A stretch of 64,000 bases of DNA from an uncultured Dehalococcoidia bacterium (GTDB taxonomy: Bacteria; Chloroflexota; Dehalococcoidia; Lucifugimonadales; Lucifugimonadaceae), in the NCBI GenBank assembly GCA_913048295.1, contig CAJWWK010000005.1, positions 6,043 to 70,042 on the forward strand, given 5' to 3'. The notes beneath the pieces were generated by a model, which saw only the letters and a list, made by a program, of their open reading frames with translations, was not told the origin of the DNA and did no database searches. Both the position numbers and the translations under genes were made by a program. This document shows, one piece after another, positions 29,149 to 40,262 of the stretch. Every line of letters starts with the position of its first letter. Positions within the stretch are counted from its first letter, which is position 1.

Positions 29149-30491
29149 ACCGTGCCTAACGTGTCCGACTCCGCCAGCAGGGTCGCTATGCGATCGTCGG
29201 TGGTCCGCTCGACAAATTCTCGGAGTGCTGCCGGCTCAAATTCGTCGAGCATCTCATCGGCGAACCCGCGTATCAGAATTGCCTTCGCGGTCTCTTCATC
29301 CACCCCGCGCGATCGCAGGTAGAACAGCGTGTCTCTATCGACGTGACCGGCGGTCGCGCCGTGGGCGCACTTGACGTCGTCGGCGAAAATTTCGAGCGAC
29401 GGCTTGGCGTCTATCCGTGCGCCACGCGAAAGCATCAGGTTCAGGTCTTTCTGGTTGGCCACCGACTTCTGGGCATCCCGTTCGACGACCACCTTGCCAC
29501 TGAAAACGGCGTGTGATTTACCCGACAGAATGCCCTTGTAAAACTGGTGCGAAGTGCAGTTCGGCCTGGCGTGGGTCGTGCTGATTTCCTGGTCCTGCTG
29601 CTGCTGGCCGCTCGTCATGTACAGGCCATGGAGCGTGCATTCGGCACCGGGCTCGTCAAGCTGCGTGTGAACATCGTTCCGGCCTATCAACGCTCCGGTC
29701 GCAAAACTCGTCGAAGTGAACGACGAACCGGCTTTCTGATTTACACGCGCTGTTCCGATATGGAACGATTTCTCGTTCTCAATCTGAATTCGGTAATGAC
29801 GGATTTGGGAATCGTGATCTGAAAATACTTCGGTCACGGGGACGGTCAACTGAGACGATTCAGAAAGATTTATGTACGACTCGACAATGGTTAGCGAACT
29901 GTTTGATGACGCACTGATCAGCAGCCGTGGATAAGTGGCCCTGCTCGAAGTGGGGTCGGATGTCACGAACACGACATGTACCGGGGTCGTCAGCCGGGTA
30001 TCGGCGGCAATTCCTATATACGCACCATCTGCTGCGAATGCCGTGTTCAGGGCTGTGAAGGCGTAATTCTCGCGGCCTGCAAGGCTTGCGAACTGCGATT
30101 CGAGGTTATCTGTGCCAGCCGCGATCGCCTCGCCCAGGCTCCCGGCCGTTAATCCGGGCGTGCCATTCAGGCTGGACAGCTGGGCGCTGAAATTGCCATC
30201 GACCACCACTACTGTGTCCCATGCGTCGTCCCAAGGACCCGCTGATTTGATCTGGTCGAGCGACACAGGCCCAATTTGGCCGTATTCGAAACCGGCGTCG
30301 GCGAGGGGCCTGAGGTTTGTATATTTCCAGAGTTCGTTTCCGCGGCGGGCTGTCGGTATCCCGAGCTCTGAGAAATTCGCCCAGGCCTGCAGGCGGGTGG
30401 CAATCAGCCAATCAGGGGTGCCCGAATCGCTGAGCGACTCGAACGCGGCAGCATACTTTTCGACTGATGTCGGTGGAGCGGCGAGTGTCAT
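29145..30491 (-). CDS. sufD: Fe-S cluster assembly protein SufD
   Basis: ELWKYT, KPSLEIFADDVKCAHGAT and FYLRSRG motifs. Confidence 0.93.
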   Translation of the reverse strand: MTLAAPPTSVEKYAAAFESLSDSGTPDWLIATRLQAWANFSELGIPTARRGNELWKYTNLRPLADAGFEYGQIGPVSLDQIKSAGPWDDAWDTVVVVDGNFSAQLSSLNGTPGLTAGSLGEAIAAGTDNLESQFASLAGRENYAFTALNTAFAADGAYIGIAADTRLTTPVHVVFVTSDPTSSRATYPRLLISASSNSSLTIVESYINLSESSQLTVPVTEVFSDHDSQIRHYRIQIENEKSFHIGTARVNQKAGSSFTSTSFATGALIGRNDVHTQLDEPGAECTLHGLYMTSGQQQQDQEISTTHARPNCTSHQFYKGILSGKSHAVFSGKVVVERDAQKSVANQKDLNLMLSRGARIDAKPSLEIFADDVKCAHGATAGHVDRDTLFYLRSRGVDEETAKAILIRGFADEMLDEFEPAALREFVERTTDDRIATLLAESDTLGTV

Positions 30492-30493
30492 CT

Positions 30494-31258
<765 letters not shown>

Positions 31259-31351
31259 TTTTATTTTTTCTGACTTCTATCTAATTACGAATCGAAAAGT
31301 CGAACACCGCAATACGAACTGTCCGTACACAAACAAAGGTGGCCGGGTGCC

Positions 31352-32815
31352 TTAGCCGACTGCGCCTTCCAGCGACACCTTCAGCAGTTGATTGGCCTCC
31401 AGCGCGAACTCAAACGGCAGTTCCTGGAATACCTCGCGGCTCCATCCGGTGATGATCATGTGGTGCGCCTCTTCTTCGGAAAGCCCACGCGCCCGCAGGT
31501 AGAAAAGCTGCTCGTCGCTTACTTTCGAGGTCGAAGCCTCGTGTTCGAGGCGGGCAGTCGGGTTTCGCACCTCGATATACGGCACTGTGTGGGCACCGCA
31601 TTTATCGCCGATCAGCAGCGAATCGCACTGGGTGTGGTTCACCGCGTTTTCAGCACCCGGCATGATCTGTACCTGTCCCCGATAGGTGTTGTTGCCGTGA
31701 CCGGCAGAAATGCCCTTCGCAACGATGGTCGACTTGGTGTTCTTGCCGATGTGGATCATCTTGGTTCCGGTATCGGCCTGCTGGTAGTTGTTCGTCAGTG
31801 CCACCGAGAAAAATTCGCCAACCGAGTTATCGCCCTTCAATATCACGCTCGGGTACTTCCAGGTGATTGCAGAACCGGTCTCGACCTGTGTCCAGGAAAT
31901 CTTGGCATTCTTGTCGGCCCTGCCACGTTTGGTGACGAAGTTGAATACCCCGCCTTCGCCTTCAGGCGTGCCGGGGAACCAGTTCTGGATGGTCGAGTAC
32001 TTGATTTCGGAATCGTCGAGGGCAACAAGTTCGACAACGGCGGCATGGAGTTGGTGGGTCTTTCGGAATGGCGCAGTGCAACCTTCGAGATAAGAGACGT
32101 ATGCACCTTCGTCGGCGATTATCAACGTGCGTTCGAACTGACCGGTATCGGCGGTGTTGATGCGGAAGTAGGTCATCAACTCGATCGGGCAACGAACTCC
32201 CGGCGGGATGTACGCAAACGAACCGTCGCTGAAGACGGCCGCATTCAGGCTGGCGAAGAAATTGTCGGTGTAAGGCACAACCGAACCCAGGTACTTCTTT
32301 ACAAGATCCGGGTGATTTTTGACCGCCTCGCTGAACGAACAGAAGATGATGCCGAGTTCGCCGAGTTGCTTCTCGAAGGTGGTCGCAACAGATACCGAAT
32401 CGAACACTGCATCGACCGCTATCCCGGCCAGCTTCGCCCGTTCCTGGAGCGGAATGCCGAGCTTCTCGAAAGTAGCCAGCATTTCCGGGTCGACATCGTC
32501 GAGGCTCTTGGGCGCTTCGGTAACCGACTTCGGCGCGGCGTAGTAGTAGATGTCCTGGTAGTCGATTTTCGGATACTTGACGTTCGCCCACTCGGGCTCG
32601 CTTTCGGCGTCGTTCAACTTGACCCAGTGCCGGTAGGCCTTTAGCCGCCACTCGAGCATCCACTCGGGTTCGCCCTTCTTCGATGAAATCAGGCGGACAA
32701 TGTCTTCACTCAGACCCCTTGGGGCGAGGTCGGTCTCGATGTCGGTGACAAATCCCCACTGATATTCCTGACCAGACATGTCGGACTTGCGTGAGATGGT
32801 GTTCTGGGTCGCCAA
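31352..32815 (-). CDS. sufB: Fe-S cluster assembly protein SufB
   Basis: [22 protein letters not shown] and QADTGTKM motifs. Confidence 0.95.
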   Translation of the reverse strand: MATQNTISRKSDMSGQEYQWGFVTDIETDLAPRGLSEDIVRLISSKKGEPEWMLEWRLKAYRHWVKLNDAESEPEWANVKYPKIDYQDIYYYAAPKSVTEAPKSLDDVDPEMLATFEKLGIPLQERAKLAGIAVDAVFDSVSVATTFEKQLGELGIIFCSFSEAVKNHPDLVKKYLGSVVPYTDNFFASLNAAVFSDGSFAYIPPGVRCPIELMTYFRINTADTGQFERTLIIADEGAYVSYLEGCTAPFRKTHQLHAAVVELVALDDSEIKYSTIQNWFPGTPEGEGGVFNFVTKRGRADKNAKISWTQVETGSAITWKYPSVILKGDNSVGEFFSVALTNNYQQADTGTKMIHIGKNTKSTIVAKGISAGHGNNTYRGQVQIMPGAENAVNHTQCDSLLIGDKCGAHTVPYIEVRNPTARLEHEASTSKVSDEQLFYLRARGLSEEEAHHMIITGWSREVFQELPFEFALEANQLLKVSLEGAVG

Positions 32816-33100
32816 ATAGATGCTCCGATGGGGGATTCCAGCCCTTTTAAGTACGACTGAAGGTCAAGAATAAAGCCATAATTCGAACTCAAATCGAGTC
32901 AAAACACATGGGAAAATCAATTCCTGACCAAATCGGTACGCTTTAATGCTAAAACCCACCGGATGCAACGTCAACGAATTTCGTAACTGCGAAGTGAATC
33001 TGGTGCAGGTGCGAAGCGACCGAGTCCGATCGACGAAGGCCGGTTTTTACAGTTGGTACCGGGTGGTTCGGAGTGCACGGACATCCTGCAAAAGGCCGCG

Positions 33101-33136
33101 AAAAGCCCGCAGCGGCTCCAACACCGATTGCGGGCT
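33101..33136 (-). terminator. Probable terminator of the cupin gene
   Basis: Minus-strand AGCCCGCAA...CTGCGGGCT stem followed by TTT. Confidence 0.5.
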
Positions 33137-33180
33137 CAGGCTCACTTCGGCAGGACGGGTACTCCACGATCCGGAAAAAG

Positions 33181-33480
33181 CTATTTTTTGCTTTCGACGA
33201 TGATGGCGCGGATTTCCGTATCGCCGGTATTCGTTACCTGGTGAGTCCACGCTTCGTGCCACATAGTTGCACCATCGGGCAATTCCATCTCCATCGCTTC
33301 GCCGCCGACTGTCACCTTGGCCTTGCCACCGGCGATGAAGTAGACAGTCTCGTCGGGGTGTGAGTGCTCGTTGTCGGCCTCTCCCGCAGGGACAATCATC
33401 TCGAGCATGCGCACATGCTCGTTTTCGAGCAGCACCTTGTAGTGATCTGGAGAGCTCTCAACAGGGTCGATGTAAGTCAT
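33181..33480 (-). CDS. Cupin domain protein
   Basis: PDHYKVLLENEHVR, HSHP and H...NTG motifs. Confidence 0.82.
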   Translation of the reverse strand: MTYIDPVESSPDHYKVLLENEHVRMLEMIVPAGEADNEHSHPDETVYFIAGGKAKVTVGGEAMEMELPDGATMWHEAWTHQVTNTGDTEIRAIIVESKK

Positions 33481-33676
33481 TTGCCAGTCCTTCTTTTTTT
33501 CATGTTTGGTTCGGCCGGGTCGCCCTACCCCAACGTGAACAAGCCCTATCAATAAACGTCGATGCGCCGGGTATTGGTAGGAGGGTAGGTCAGCCGGGTG
33601 CTATATTCAATTTTTGGCATCTGCCAGTTTGATTCAGGTAACGCGAAATCGATTCGGGAATATTGAAAGGAAACCT

Positions 33677-35155
33677 GTGGAGTACGAAGCGGTAATTGGT
33701 CTTGAAACCCATGTGCAGTTAAAGACGCGCAGCAAGATGTTCGGCACCTCGAGCGCCGAGTACCAGAATGCCGATCCGAACACCGTTGTCGACGCCGTAA
33801 GCATGGCGCTGCCGGGCACCCTGCCTGTCGTGAACGAAAAGGCTATCGAGTACGCCATGATGATCGGCATGGCGATCAACTGCAACATCGCCAGGGTCAC
33901 CAAGTTCGACCGCAAGCAGTACACGTACCCCGACCTGATGAAGGGCTACCAGATAACCCAGCTCGACGAGCCGATCTGCTACGACGGCTACATCGACCTG
34001 CCGCTCGACCCGCCGGTCCGCGTACGAATCAACCGCGTCCACATGGAAGAGGATGTAGCCCGGCTGGTGCACGTCGAGGGTCCTCAAGGCGGGACCATCC
34101 ACTCGCTTCTCGACATCAACCGGGCCGGCACACCGCTTATGGAAGTCGTGACCGAACCGGACATGCGCACTTCCGAGCAGGTCGAGTCGTATATCACCAA
34201 CCTCCAGCACATCATCCGGTACCTCGGCGTTGGCACGGCCAACATGGAAGAAGGATCGTTCCGGTGCGACGCGAACGTCAGCGTCCGCCCCGTCGGCCAG
34301 ACCGAACTTACGACCAAAGTAGAGGTGAAAAATATGAACCGGGTCCGCGCGGTGGTCCGGGCAATCGAGCATGAAATCGAACGTCAGATCGCGGTAGTCG
34401 AAAGCGGTGAGCGGGTCGTCCAGGAAACACGCGGATGGGACGATGGCAAGGGCGTGACAATTCCGCAGCGCAGCAAGGAAGAGGCGCACGACTATCGCTT
34501 CTTTCCCGAACCCGATATTCCGCCGTTGGTCATTACCGAAGAATGGATCGACAGCACCCAGGCGAAAATGCCGGAGTTGCCAATCGCCCGAAAAGACCGC
34601 TTCGTCGATGAATGGGGACTCAATGAATACGACGCCGACCTACTCACGGCAGTCCGGTCGACTGCCGATTACTTTGAAGAGGTCTGCGCGGGCGTAAAGG
34701 CTTCGACAGCCGACGTGAAAAAGGCCTACGCCAAGGAAGCGGCCAACTGGCTCAACGGCGAGATGGCCCGAATGATGAACAACGACGAAATATCCGATAT
34801 GTCACAGACCAGGGTCAAACCTGCAGCGCTCGCGACACTGGTTGAGAAATTCCGGAAGCGAGAGTTGAACAATAACTCCGCCAAGCAGGTGTTCGAGGTG
34901 ATGTATACGAAGGGCACCGACCCTGAAACAGTCATCAAGGATCTGGGGCTCGGCATGGTATCGGGAGCCGATTCACTCGGCCCTGTAGTCGACGAAGTGA
35001 TCGAGAATAACGAAAAGGCCGTGGTCGATTTCCTGGCCGGTAAAGAGGCGTCGCTGAAGTTCCTGATGGGCCAGGTGATGAAAGCGACCCGTGGGCAGGC
35101 CGACGCTGCCCAGGCGACCGAAATGATCAGGGAAAAGCTGGCTACCCGCCGGTAG
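33677..35155 (+). CDS. gatB: Asp/Glu-tRNA amidotransferase subunit B
   Basis: IGLETHVQL, HMEED, NRAGTPLMEVVTEPD, EGSFRCDANVS and YRFFPEPD motifs. Confidence 0.95.
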   Translation: MEYEAVIGLETHVQLKTRSKMFGTSSAEYQNADPNTVVDAVSMALPGTLPVVNEKAIEYAMMIGMAINCNIARVTKFDRKQYTYPDLMKGYQITQLDEPICYDGYIDLPLDPPVRVRINRVHMEEDVARLVHVEGPQGGTIHSLLDINRAGTPLMEVVTEPDMRTSEQVESYITNLQHIIRYLGVGTANMEEGSFRCDANVSVRPVGQTELTTKVEVKNMNRVRAVVRAIEHEIERQIAVVESGERVVQETRGWDDGKGVTIPQRSKEEAHDYRFFPEPDIPPLVITEEWIDSTQAKMPELPIARKDRFVDEWGLNEYDADLLTAVRSTADYFEEVCAGVKASTADVKKAYAKEAANWLNGEMARMMNNDEISDMSQTRVKPAALATLVEKFRKRELNNNSAKQVFEVMYTKGTDPETVIKDLGLGMVSGADSLGPVVDEVIENNEKAVVDFLAGKEASLKFLMGQVMKATRGQADAAQATEMIREKLATRR

Positions 35156-35331
35156 ACTTTTACGGTCTGCTTAAGAACGGCATGGCCCGGCGATTCGACT
35201 TTTTCGCCTCCCGGTTGTTACCCCGCTATGGCCTTAATGCGACATGCTCGGCAGTGGCGGTACGGGATACGCGGCCCTACCATAGATAGTCGTAGCGAAG
35301 AGATGCCGGTACGCGGCGCACAGGAAACTTT

Positions 35332-35547
35332 ATGGAAACCGTTTTTAGCCTGATCCTGATGTTCATAGCGATCGTGATTATCGGCATATTGCTGCTGCAG
35401 GTGCGCGGTTCGGGCTCATCCCTCTTCGGTGAAGCGACCAGCACGTTCCGGTCGCGGCGGGGTGTTGATCAACTTCTATTCCGCGCAACGATCATTCTCG
35501 GCGTGGTTTTCGTCGCGGTCGCCATCGCCAACGTGCGATTCAGCTAG
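35332..35547 (+). CDS. secG: Preprotein translocase subunit SecG
   Basis: 71 aa, two TM segments, LLQVRGSG..FG...F.SRRG. Confidence 0.88.
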   Translation: METVFSLILMFIAIVIIGILLLQVRGSGSSLFGEATSTFRSRRGVDQLLFRATIILGVVFVAVAIANVRFS

Positions 35548-35700
35548 CGACGGGCTCGACGCGACGTCTGTCCCCCAATGTCGGGAGAAAGCTGATCCTG
35601 ATCGTCGATCTCGCGATTTCAAGGTGGAATCCCGCGCCTTGCCATCGACCCATTTACCCGTTCGTTAAATTTGTGCCGTATGGGTGTAATATCTTGCGCT

Positions 35701-38313
35701 ATGCCAGCCACCCACATCGTTGAATTCAGCGATCCCCAGGCGCTTGATCCACTGGTTGTCGGAAGTAAATCCGCATCTGTCGCCGACCTGGCAAGACATG
35801 GCCTGACGGTCCCGCCCGGATTCTCTATTCACGCAGGAGCCTTCGACGAATTCACCCGACCTGTCTCGGGCGAAATAGCGAAGATTCTCGAATCGGTGGA
35901 TGCGGACAACGTGTCGTCGCCATTTGACGCCTCGGACGCGATCGGCAAGATCCTCGCCCCCCTCTCTCTGCCCGACGGTCTGGCGGAAGATGTGACCGAG
36001 CGCATCAACCCCCATTCGGGCATTTTCGCCGTGCGCTCGTCCGCGACCGTCGAAGATCTCGAAGGTGCCTCGTTCGCCGGCATGTACGACTCGTTCCTCG
36101 ATGCCGCGGACGCCGAATCCGTACTGAGGCGCGTCCGAGATGTTTGGGCGTCCTACTACACGGGTCGAGCGATTTCGTACCGGCGGCGCATGGGAATTCC
36201 TCACGGATCAGGATCGATGGCCGTGCTGGTTATGGAACTCGTTAATGCCGATGCGGGAGGCGTTGTTTTCACCAGGGACCCGCGGGACGGGACGGACCAG
36301 ATACTGGTCAACGCGGCGCTTGGACTGGCTGAGGGCGTCGTTTCCGGGGCCGCTGAAGCTGATTCGTTTACTCTCCACTCCGATTCATTCGAGGTCATCC
36401 GTCGGGACGTGATCGACAAAGAGTGGATGTTCGTTGCTGGAAAATCCGGCTCGACCGACCGCGTTCCGGTACCGGCTGCGAAAACAGGCCAGCCGGCCCT
36501 CTCCGACGACCAACTCGTTGCGGTTGCAAAAGCCGCAGCATCGATCAAGAAAGCCGCAGGTAACGACCGGGATATCGAATTCGCCGTCACAGACGGCACA
36601 GTTCATATTCTGCAGTCCCGGCCCATCACGACCGGCAGCGCGGCAGACTCTGAGTTCCCGGTTGAATGGGACGACCCGGCGGACGCCGAGCTTCACTGGA
36701 TGCCTGCGTTCACTCACACGGCACGCAATAAAAATCCAGCATTTCCGCTGCACATCGACTATCGACTCATTGCCGGCGTTTCGGAAGAACGCTCAATCGA
36801 ATATGCCGCCAGTCCCCAGGCAAGGCCTTATCTCAAGAAGATCGTTAACGGCTATGTGTACGCCGCCGAGCCACCGCACGACGAGCAAGAGTGGAAAGCT
36901 CGTGTCATTTCGCACGAACGAAAGGCGGTTCGGTATCTCAAAAAAGGCACGACCTACTATCAGGAAGTAATTGAACCCCGCCTCCGTGAACGACTGGCCG
37001 AACTCGAGGGAAACCGCCCCGATGACAAAGACCCGCTCCCGGGTCTGGTAGCGAATTTACGAGCGACGAAACAGACGGCAGCCGACCACCTGGCGGACCT
37101 TCACTGGCGTGGGGCCCGCGGTTTTGGTGACGAAGGTGCGCTGCTGAAATTATTTGCCAGAATAACCGGCCGACCGGAGGTAGAAGCTGCCGGGCTGACC
37201 CGCGGGCTCGATCACATGACTTCCAGGCTTGTCGCCCGTCTGATCGCGTTGGCCGCATTGGTCCAATCGGATCCATGGCTTTCGGACGTTTTCGAGGAAC
37301 GCAACTACGACGCGTTATTCGCACGCGGCGCAGGCAAGCGGCCCGCCGTTCGCAGGTTCCGAGCAAGATTCAGCCGGATGCTGAAGACCTGGGGTCGGCG
37401 CAACGGAATCGGCTACGGTTCAGCCTGGACGCCTACCGATCCCACATGGAACATGAAACCTGAAATCCCGCTCGATTCAATCGGCTCATTTGTGCGTCAG
37501 GACCTTGATGCGCTGAACAAGGCGAAACGCGATTCCATAAGTGACCGAAAATCGCTGGTCAAGCACGTACACAACAAAATCGGAAGCGACAGCAAACTGA
37601 GGAAACAGTTCGATTTTGAGTTGTTTCGGGCGGTCAAAAAAACCGAGTTCATGGAAGACCACAACTACCTGATCGAGCAGTGCTCTTTCGGGGAGTACAG
37701 AGAATCGATCAACCGGCTCGGAATGGCCCTGGCGCGGGACGGATGGTTCGACGAACCCGACGACGTATTCTTCCTGCGACTCGCGCAGCTCGAATCTGCA
37801 GCCAGTGACAGTGATTATTCGCAGTTGCGCTCACTGGTAATCCGGGCGAAAGTCGAATTCGCTGAGAACACGAAACTTTCGCCCCCGGAGTACCTCGGCA
37901 CGAAGCCCCCAGAAAATAAGTCCGATGAGTCCACGGACGCAGACAAACAACCTCTGCGGGGGTTGAGCGAAGACCGCTCGACACTTTTCGGCGAGCCCTC
38001 TTCGCCAGGCGTCTTCACCGGCACTGCACGCGTCGTAATTTCGAGGACCTCAAGGCCGCCAGACGTGAACCAGGGTGACATTCTCGTAACCGACAACGCG
38101 GGCCCAGACTGGGTGCCGGTGTTTCCGTTGCTGGGGGCGCTCATCCTCGATAGTGGAGCAAACTTCCAGCACGCCTCGCTGATATGCCGAGAGTACGGAA
38201 TACCATGCGTGATACAAACAAAAGAAGCGACAAACGTAGTCGCTGACGGCCAGCGGGTTTCAGTCGACGGTAGCGCCGGGACAGTTCTCCTGAACCCGGA
38301 GCTGCAGGCATAG
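35701..38313 (+). CDS. PEP/pyruvate-binding plus PEP-mobile domain enzyme (rifampin phosphotransferase-like architecture)
   Basis: GSKSA, AVRSSATVED...SFAGMY, DIEFA and LQSRPITT motifs; C-terminal QHASLICREYGIP phospho-His domain. Confidence 0.88.
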   Translation: MPATHIVEFSDPQALDPLVVGSKSASVADLARHGLTVPPGFSIHAGAFDEFTRPVSGEIAKILESVDADNVSSPFDASDAIGKILAPLSLPDGLAEDVTERINPHSGIFAVRSSATVEDLEGASFAGMYDSFLDAADAESVLRRVRDVWASYYTGRAISYRRRMGIPHGSGSMAVLVMELVNADAGGVVFTRDPRDGTDQILVNAALGLAEGVVSGAAEADSFTLHSDSFEVIRRDVIDKEWMFVAGKSGSTDRVPVPAAKTGQPALSDDQLVAVAKAAASIKKAAGNDRDIEFAVTDGTVHILQSRPITTGSAADSEFPVEWDDPADAELHWMPAFTHTARNKNPAFPLHIDYRLIAGVSEERSIEYAASPQARPYLKKIVNGYVYAAEPPHDEQEWKARVISHERKAVRYLKKGTTYYQEVIEPRLRERLAELEGNRPDDKDPLPGLVANLRATKQTAADHLADLHWRGARGFGDEGALLKLFARITGRPEVEAAGLTRGLDHMTSRLVARLIALAALVQSDPWLSDVFEERNYDALFARGAGKRPAVRRFRARFSRMLKTWGRRNGIGYGSAWTPTDPTWNMKPEIPLDSIGSFVRQDLDALNKAKRDSISDRKSLVKHVHNKIGSDSKLRKQFDFELFRAVKKTEFMEDHNYLIEQCSFGEYRESINRLGMALARDGWFDEPDDVFFLRLAQLESAASDSDYSQLRSLVIRAKVEFAENTKLSPPEYLGTKPPENKSDESTDADKQPLRGLSEDRSTLFGEPSSPGVFTGTARVVISRTSRPPDVNQGDILVTDNAGPDWVPVFPLLGALILDSGANFQHASLICREYGIPCVIQTKEATNVVADGQRVSVDGSAGTVLLNPELQA

Positions 38314-38324
38314 ATTCGACAACC

Positions 38325-39161
38325 ATGACAACTTTCAGTTTTGCTACTTCCGCCATCGGCAGCCCACCATCCGCACAGATGGCGGTCGAGTGGGCCATCG
38401 AGCACGGGTTCGGCGGGGTCGAATTCAACGGCCCCATCCGGCTGGCCGACGTGAGCCCGGATGACCGTGCGTTTCTGGCCAGTGCAAGGGTCGATCACGG
38501 GATGCGGTACACCCACCATTTCCCCGTTTCAGCAATGCCCTGCTCCCACGATCCTGCAACTCGACAGCGCGATCTGGCCGAATTGATCAGCGAGGTCAAT
38601 GCGGCAGGCGAACTCGGGGTCGAAGTCATTGTCCTTCACCCCGGTAAAGTCGATGTCCCCGGCCTCGAATACGAAGAGACTTCCGAAACACAACGCAGCG
38701 AGGCGATGGCGTTCTTGATCGAATTCATGAAGACGGTGGCACCTGTTGCCGAGGGTGCAAATGTCGTGATCGGTCTTGAAAACATGCACTACAACCCCGG
38801 CTGGTTGATACACGCGCACAGCGAGCTGGCCGAGGTGGTCGACGCGATCGGCAGTCCGGCTGTGGGCATCACTTTCGACGTCGGGCATGCCTGGGGCTCC
38901 GGTGGTATCGACGCCGGAATAGAGACTTTCGGCGACCGCATCCGTCATGTCCAGGTGCACGACTGCCGTGGACCGGAAGGAGCGGGGAACGTCAGGGATC
39001 AACACATGGAAATCGGCACCGGTGTGCTCGACTTCCGGTCGGTCGGCGATCTGATCAGATCGGGGTCGTTTGTCGCGACGCTTGAGACCTCGGGCCGCGC
39101 TCCTGGCGGCAAAGATGTCGTAATGAGAAGCCGGGACGTGCTGAAAGCGCTCTGGGATTAG
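38325..39161 (+). CDS. Sugar phosphate isomerase/epimerase (AP endonuclease 2 TIM barrel)
   Basis: HPG, LEN, FDVGH, HVQVHD, DQH and LE motifs. Confidence 0.85.
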   Translation: MTTFSFATSAIGSPPSAQMAVEWAIEHGFGGVEFNGPIRLADVSPDDRAFLASARVDHGMRYTHHFPVSAMPCSHDPATRQRDLAELISEVNAAGELGVEVIVLHPGKVDVPGLEYEETSETQRSEAMAFLIEFMKTVAPVAEGANVVIGLENMHYNPGWLIHAHSELAEVVDAIGSPAVGITFDVGHAWGSGGIDAGIETFGDRIRHVQVHDCRGPEGAGNVRDQHMEIGTGVLDFRSVGDLIRSGSFVATLETSGRAPGGKDVVMRSRDVLKALWD

Positions 39162-39283
39162 CAACCCCAAATCCGGCCGGCGCACCGGTTTGGACCCGCA
39201 GCCGGGTGTGAATTTGACCCCGGATACTGAAAGGGAATACAGTCTCGACCATCACCGATTGTTGATTACACGGGGGCTGGTTC

Positions 39284-40237
39284 ATGTTCATCAATATCAT
39301 CTGGTTTATCGCGTTCGTCGTACTCACGGTACTGGCGGCCAGGTTTTTCATGAAGACGATCCGCTCATCCCGCATGCCGATCCGGTTCGGAGGCAGGTTC
39401 TTCGTGGGGTTCCTCACCCTCCTGTTAGGGCTGATCTCCATACTCGGAATTCTCGGGATGCTCGCCATCTACATGCCGCGCGGGAGCGAGGTGGTGGAAG
39501 TACAGGTCGCGGGAACGGCGGAGCAGGTGGAACGCGGTCGCGCACTGGCCAGTTTCTCGTGAGCCGGCTGCCATTCCATCGATAACGAACTCCCGCTTTC
39601 CGGTGGCGAGAACATCCTGGCCGACGTTCCGATGCCCATCGGCAAGGCAACGCCTCCGAACCTGACGTAGGCAGGCAGAGTCTCGACGTGGTCGGACGGT
39701 GAACTCCAGCGGGCCATTCGGGAGGGCACTTCGCCCGACGGTCACGTGATGACGATCATGGCGACAAACGCGTTCAGGTATCTGAGTCAGAGCGATCTCG
39801 ACTCGATCGTGGCATACCTGCGCTCTGTGCCCGCGGTCGAGTCCGGGGTTGAACCAGATAGCAGTCTGACTTACCTGGCGATGGTGATGCTCCCACTCGG
39901 TGCACTACCGATCAAGGACGTGCCGGACATCGACCCGCCCCCTTACGTCGAACCTGCTGCGAGCTTCGCCTGTGGCGAATACCTGGCAAACGTCTTCGAT
40001 TGCGCCCTCTGCCACGGCGATGACCTGGCGGGCGGTCCCGGCGGACTGCTCCCGGTCGGACCGAACCTGGCGGGAGCGAAAGTCTGGACGACCGAGCAGT
40101 TCATCAGCACGATGCGAACAGGTGAGACCCCGTACGGCAAGATGTTGAGCGAGGACATGCCCTGGGAAGGCCTGGGGAAGATGGACGACCTGATGCTGGA
40201 AGCCGTCCTGCCGTACGTGAAGCAGGCAACTCCCTGA
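39284..40237 (+). pseudogene. Membrane-anchored diheme cytochrome c with two in-frame stops
   Basis: One reading frame throughout; TGA 39560 at the first Cys of [C]AGCH, TAG 39668 in NLT*AG, intact CALCH. Confidence 0.8.
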
Positions 40238-40262
40238 TTTCGGCGTTCGCTGTGATCGCGCT

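Noticed and set aside
31388-32644. 418-aa plus-strand ORF and similar long shadow ORFs (28492..29322, 45782..46705, 18141..19106, 49915..50709)
   Set aside because: Antisense to conserved genes; expected from GC-rich codon bias; no recognisable motifs.
39668-39670. Pyrrolysine readthrough at TAG
   Set aside because: No pyl genes or methylamine methyltransferase context; a nonsense mutation is simpler.
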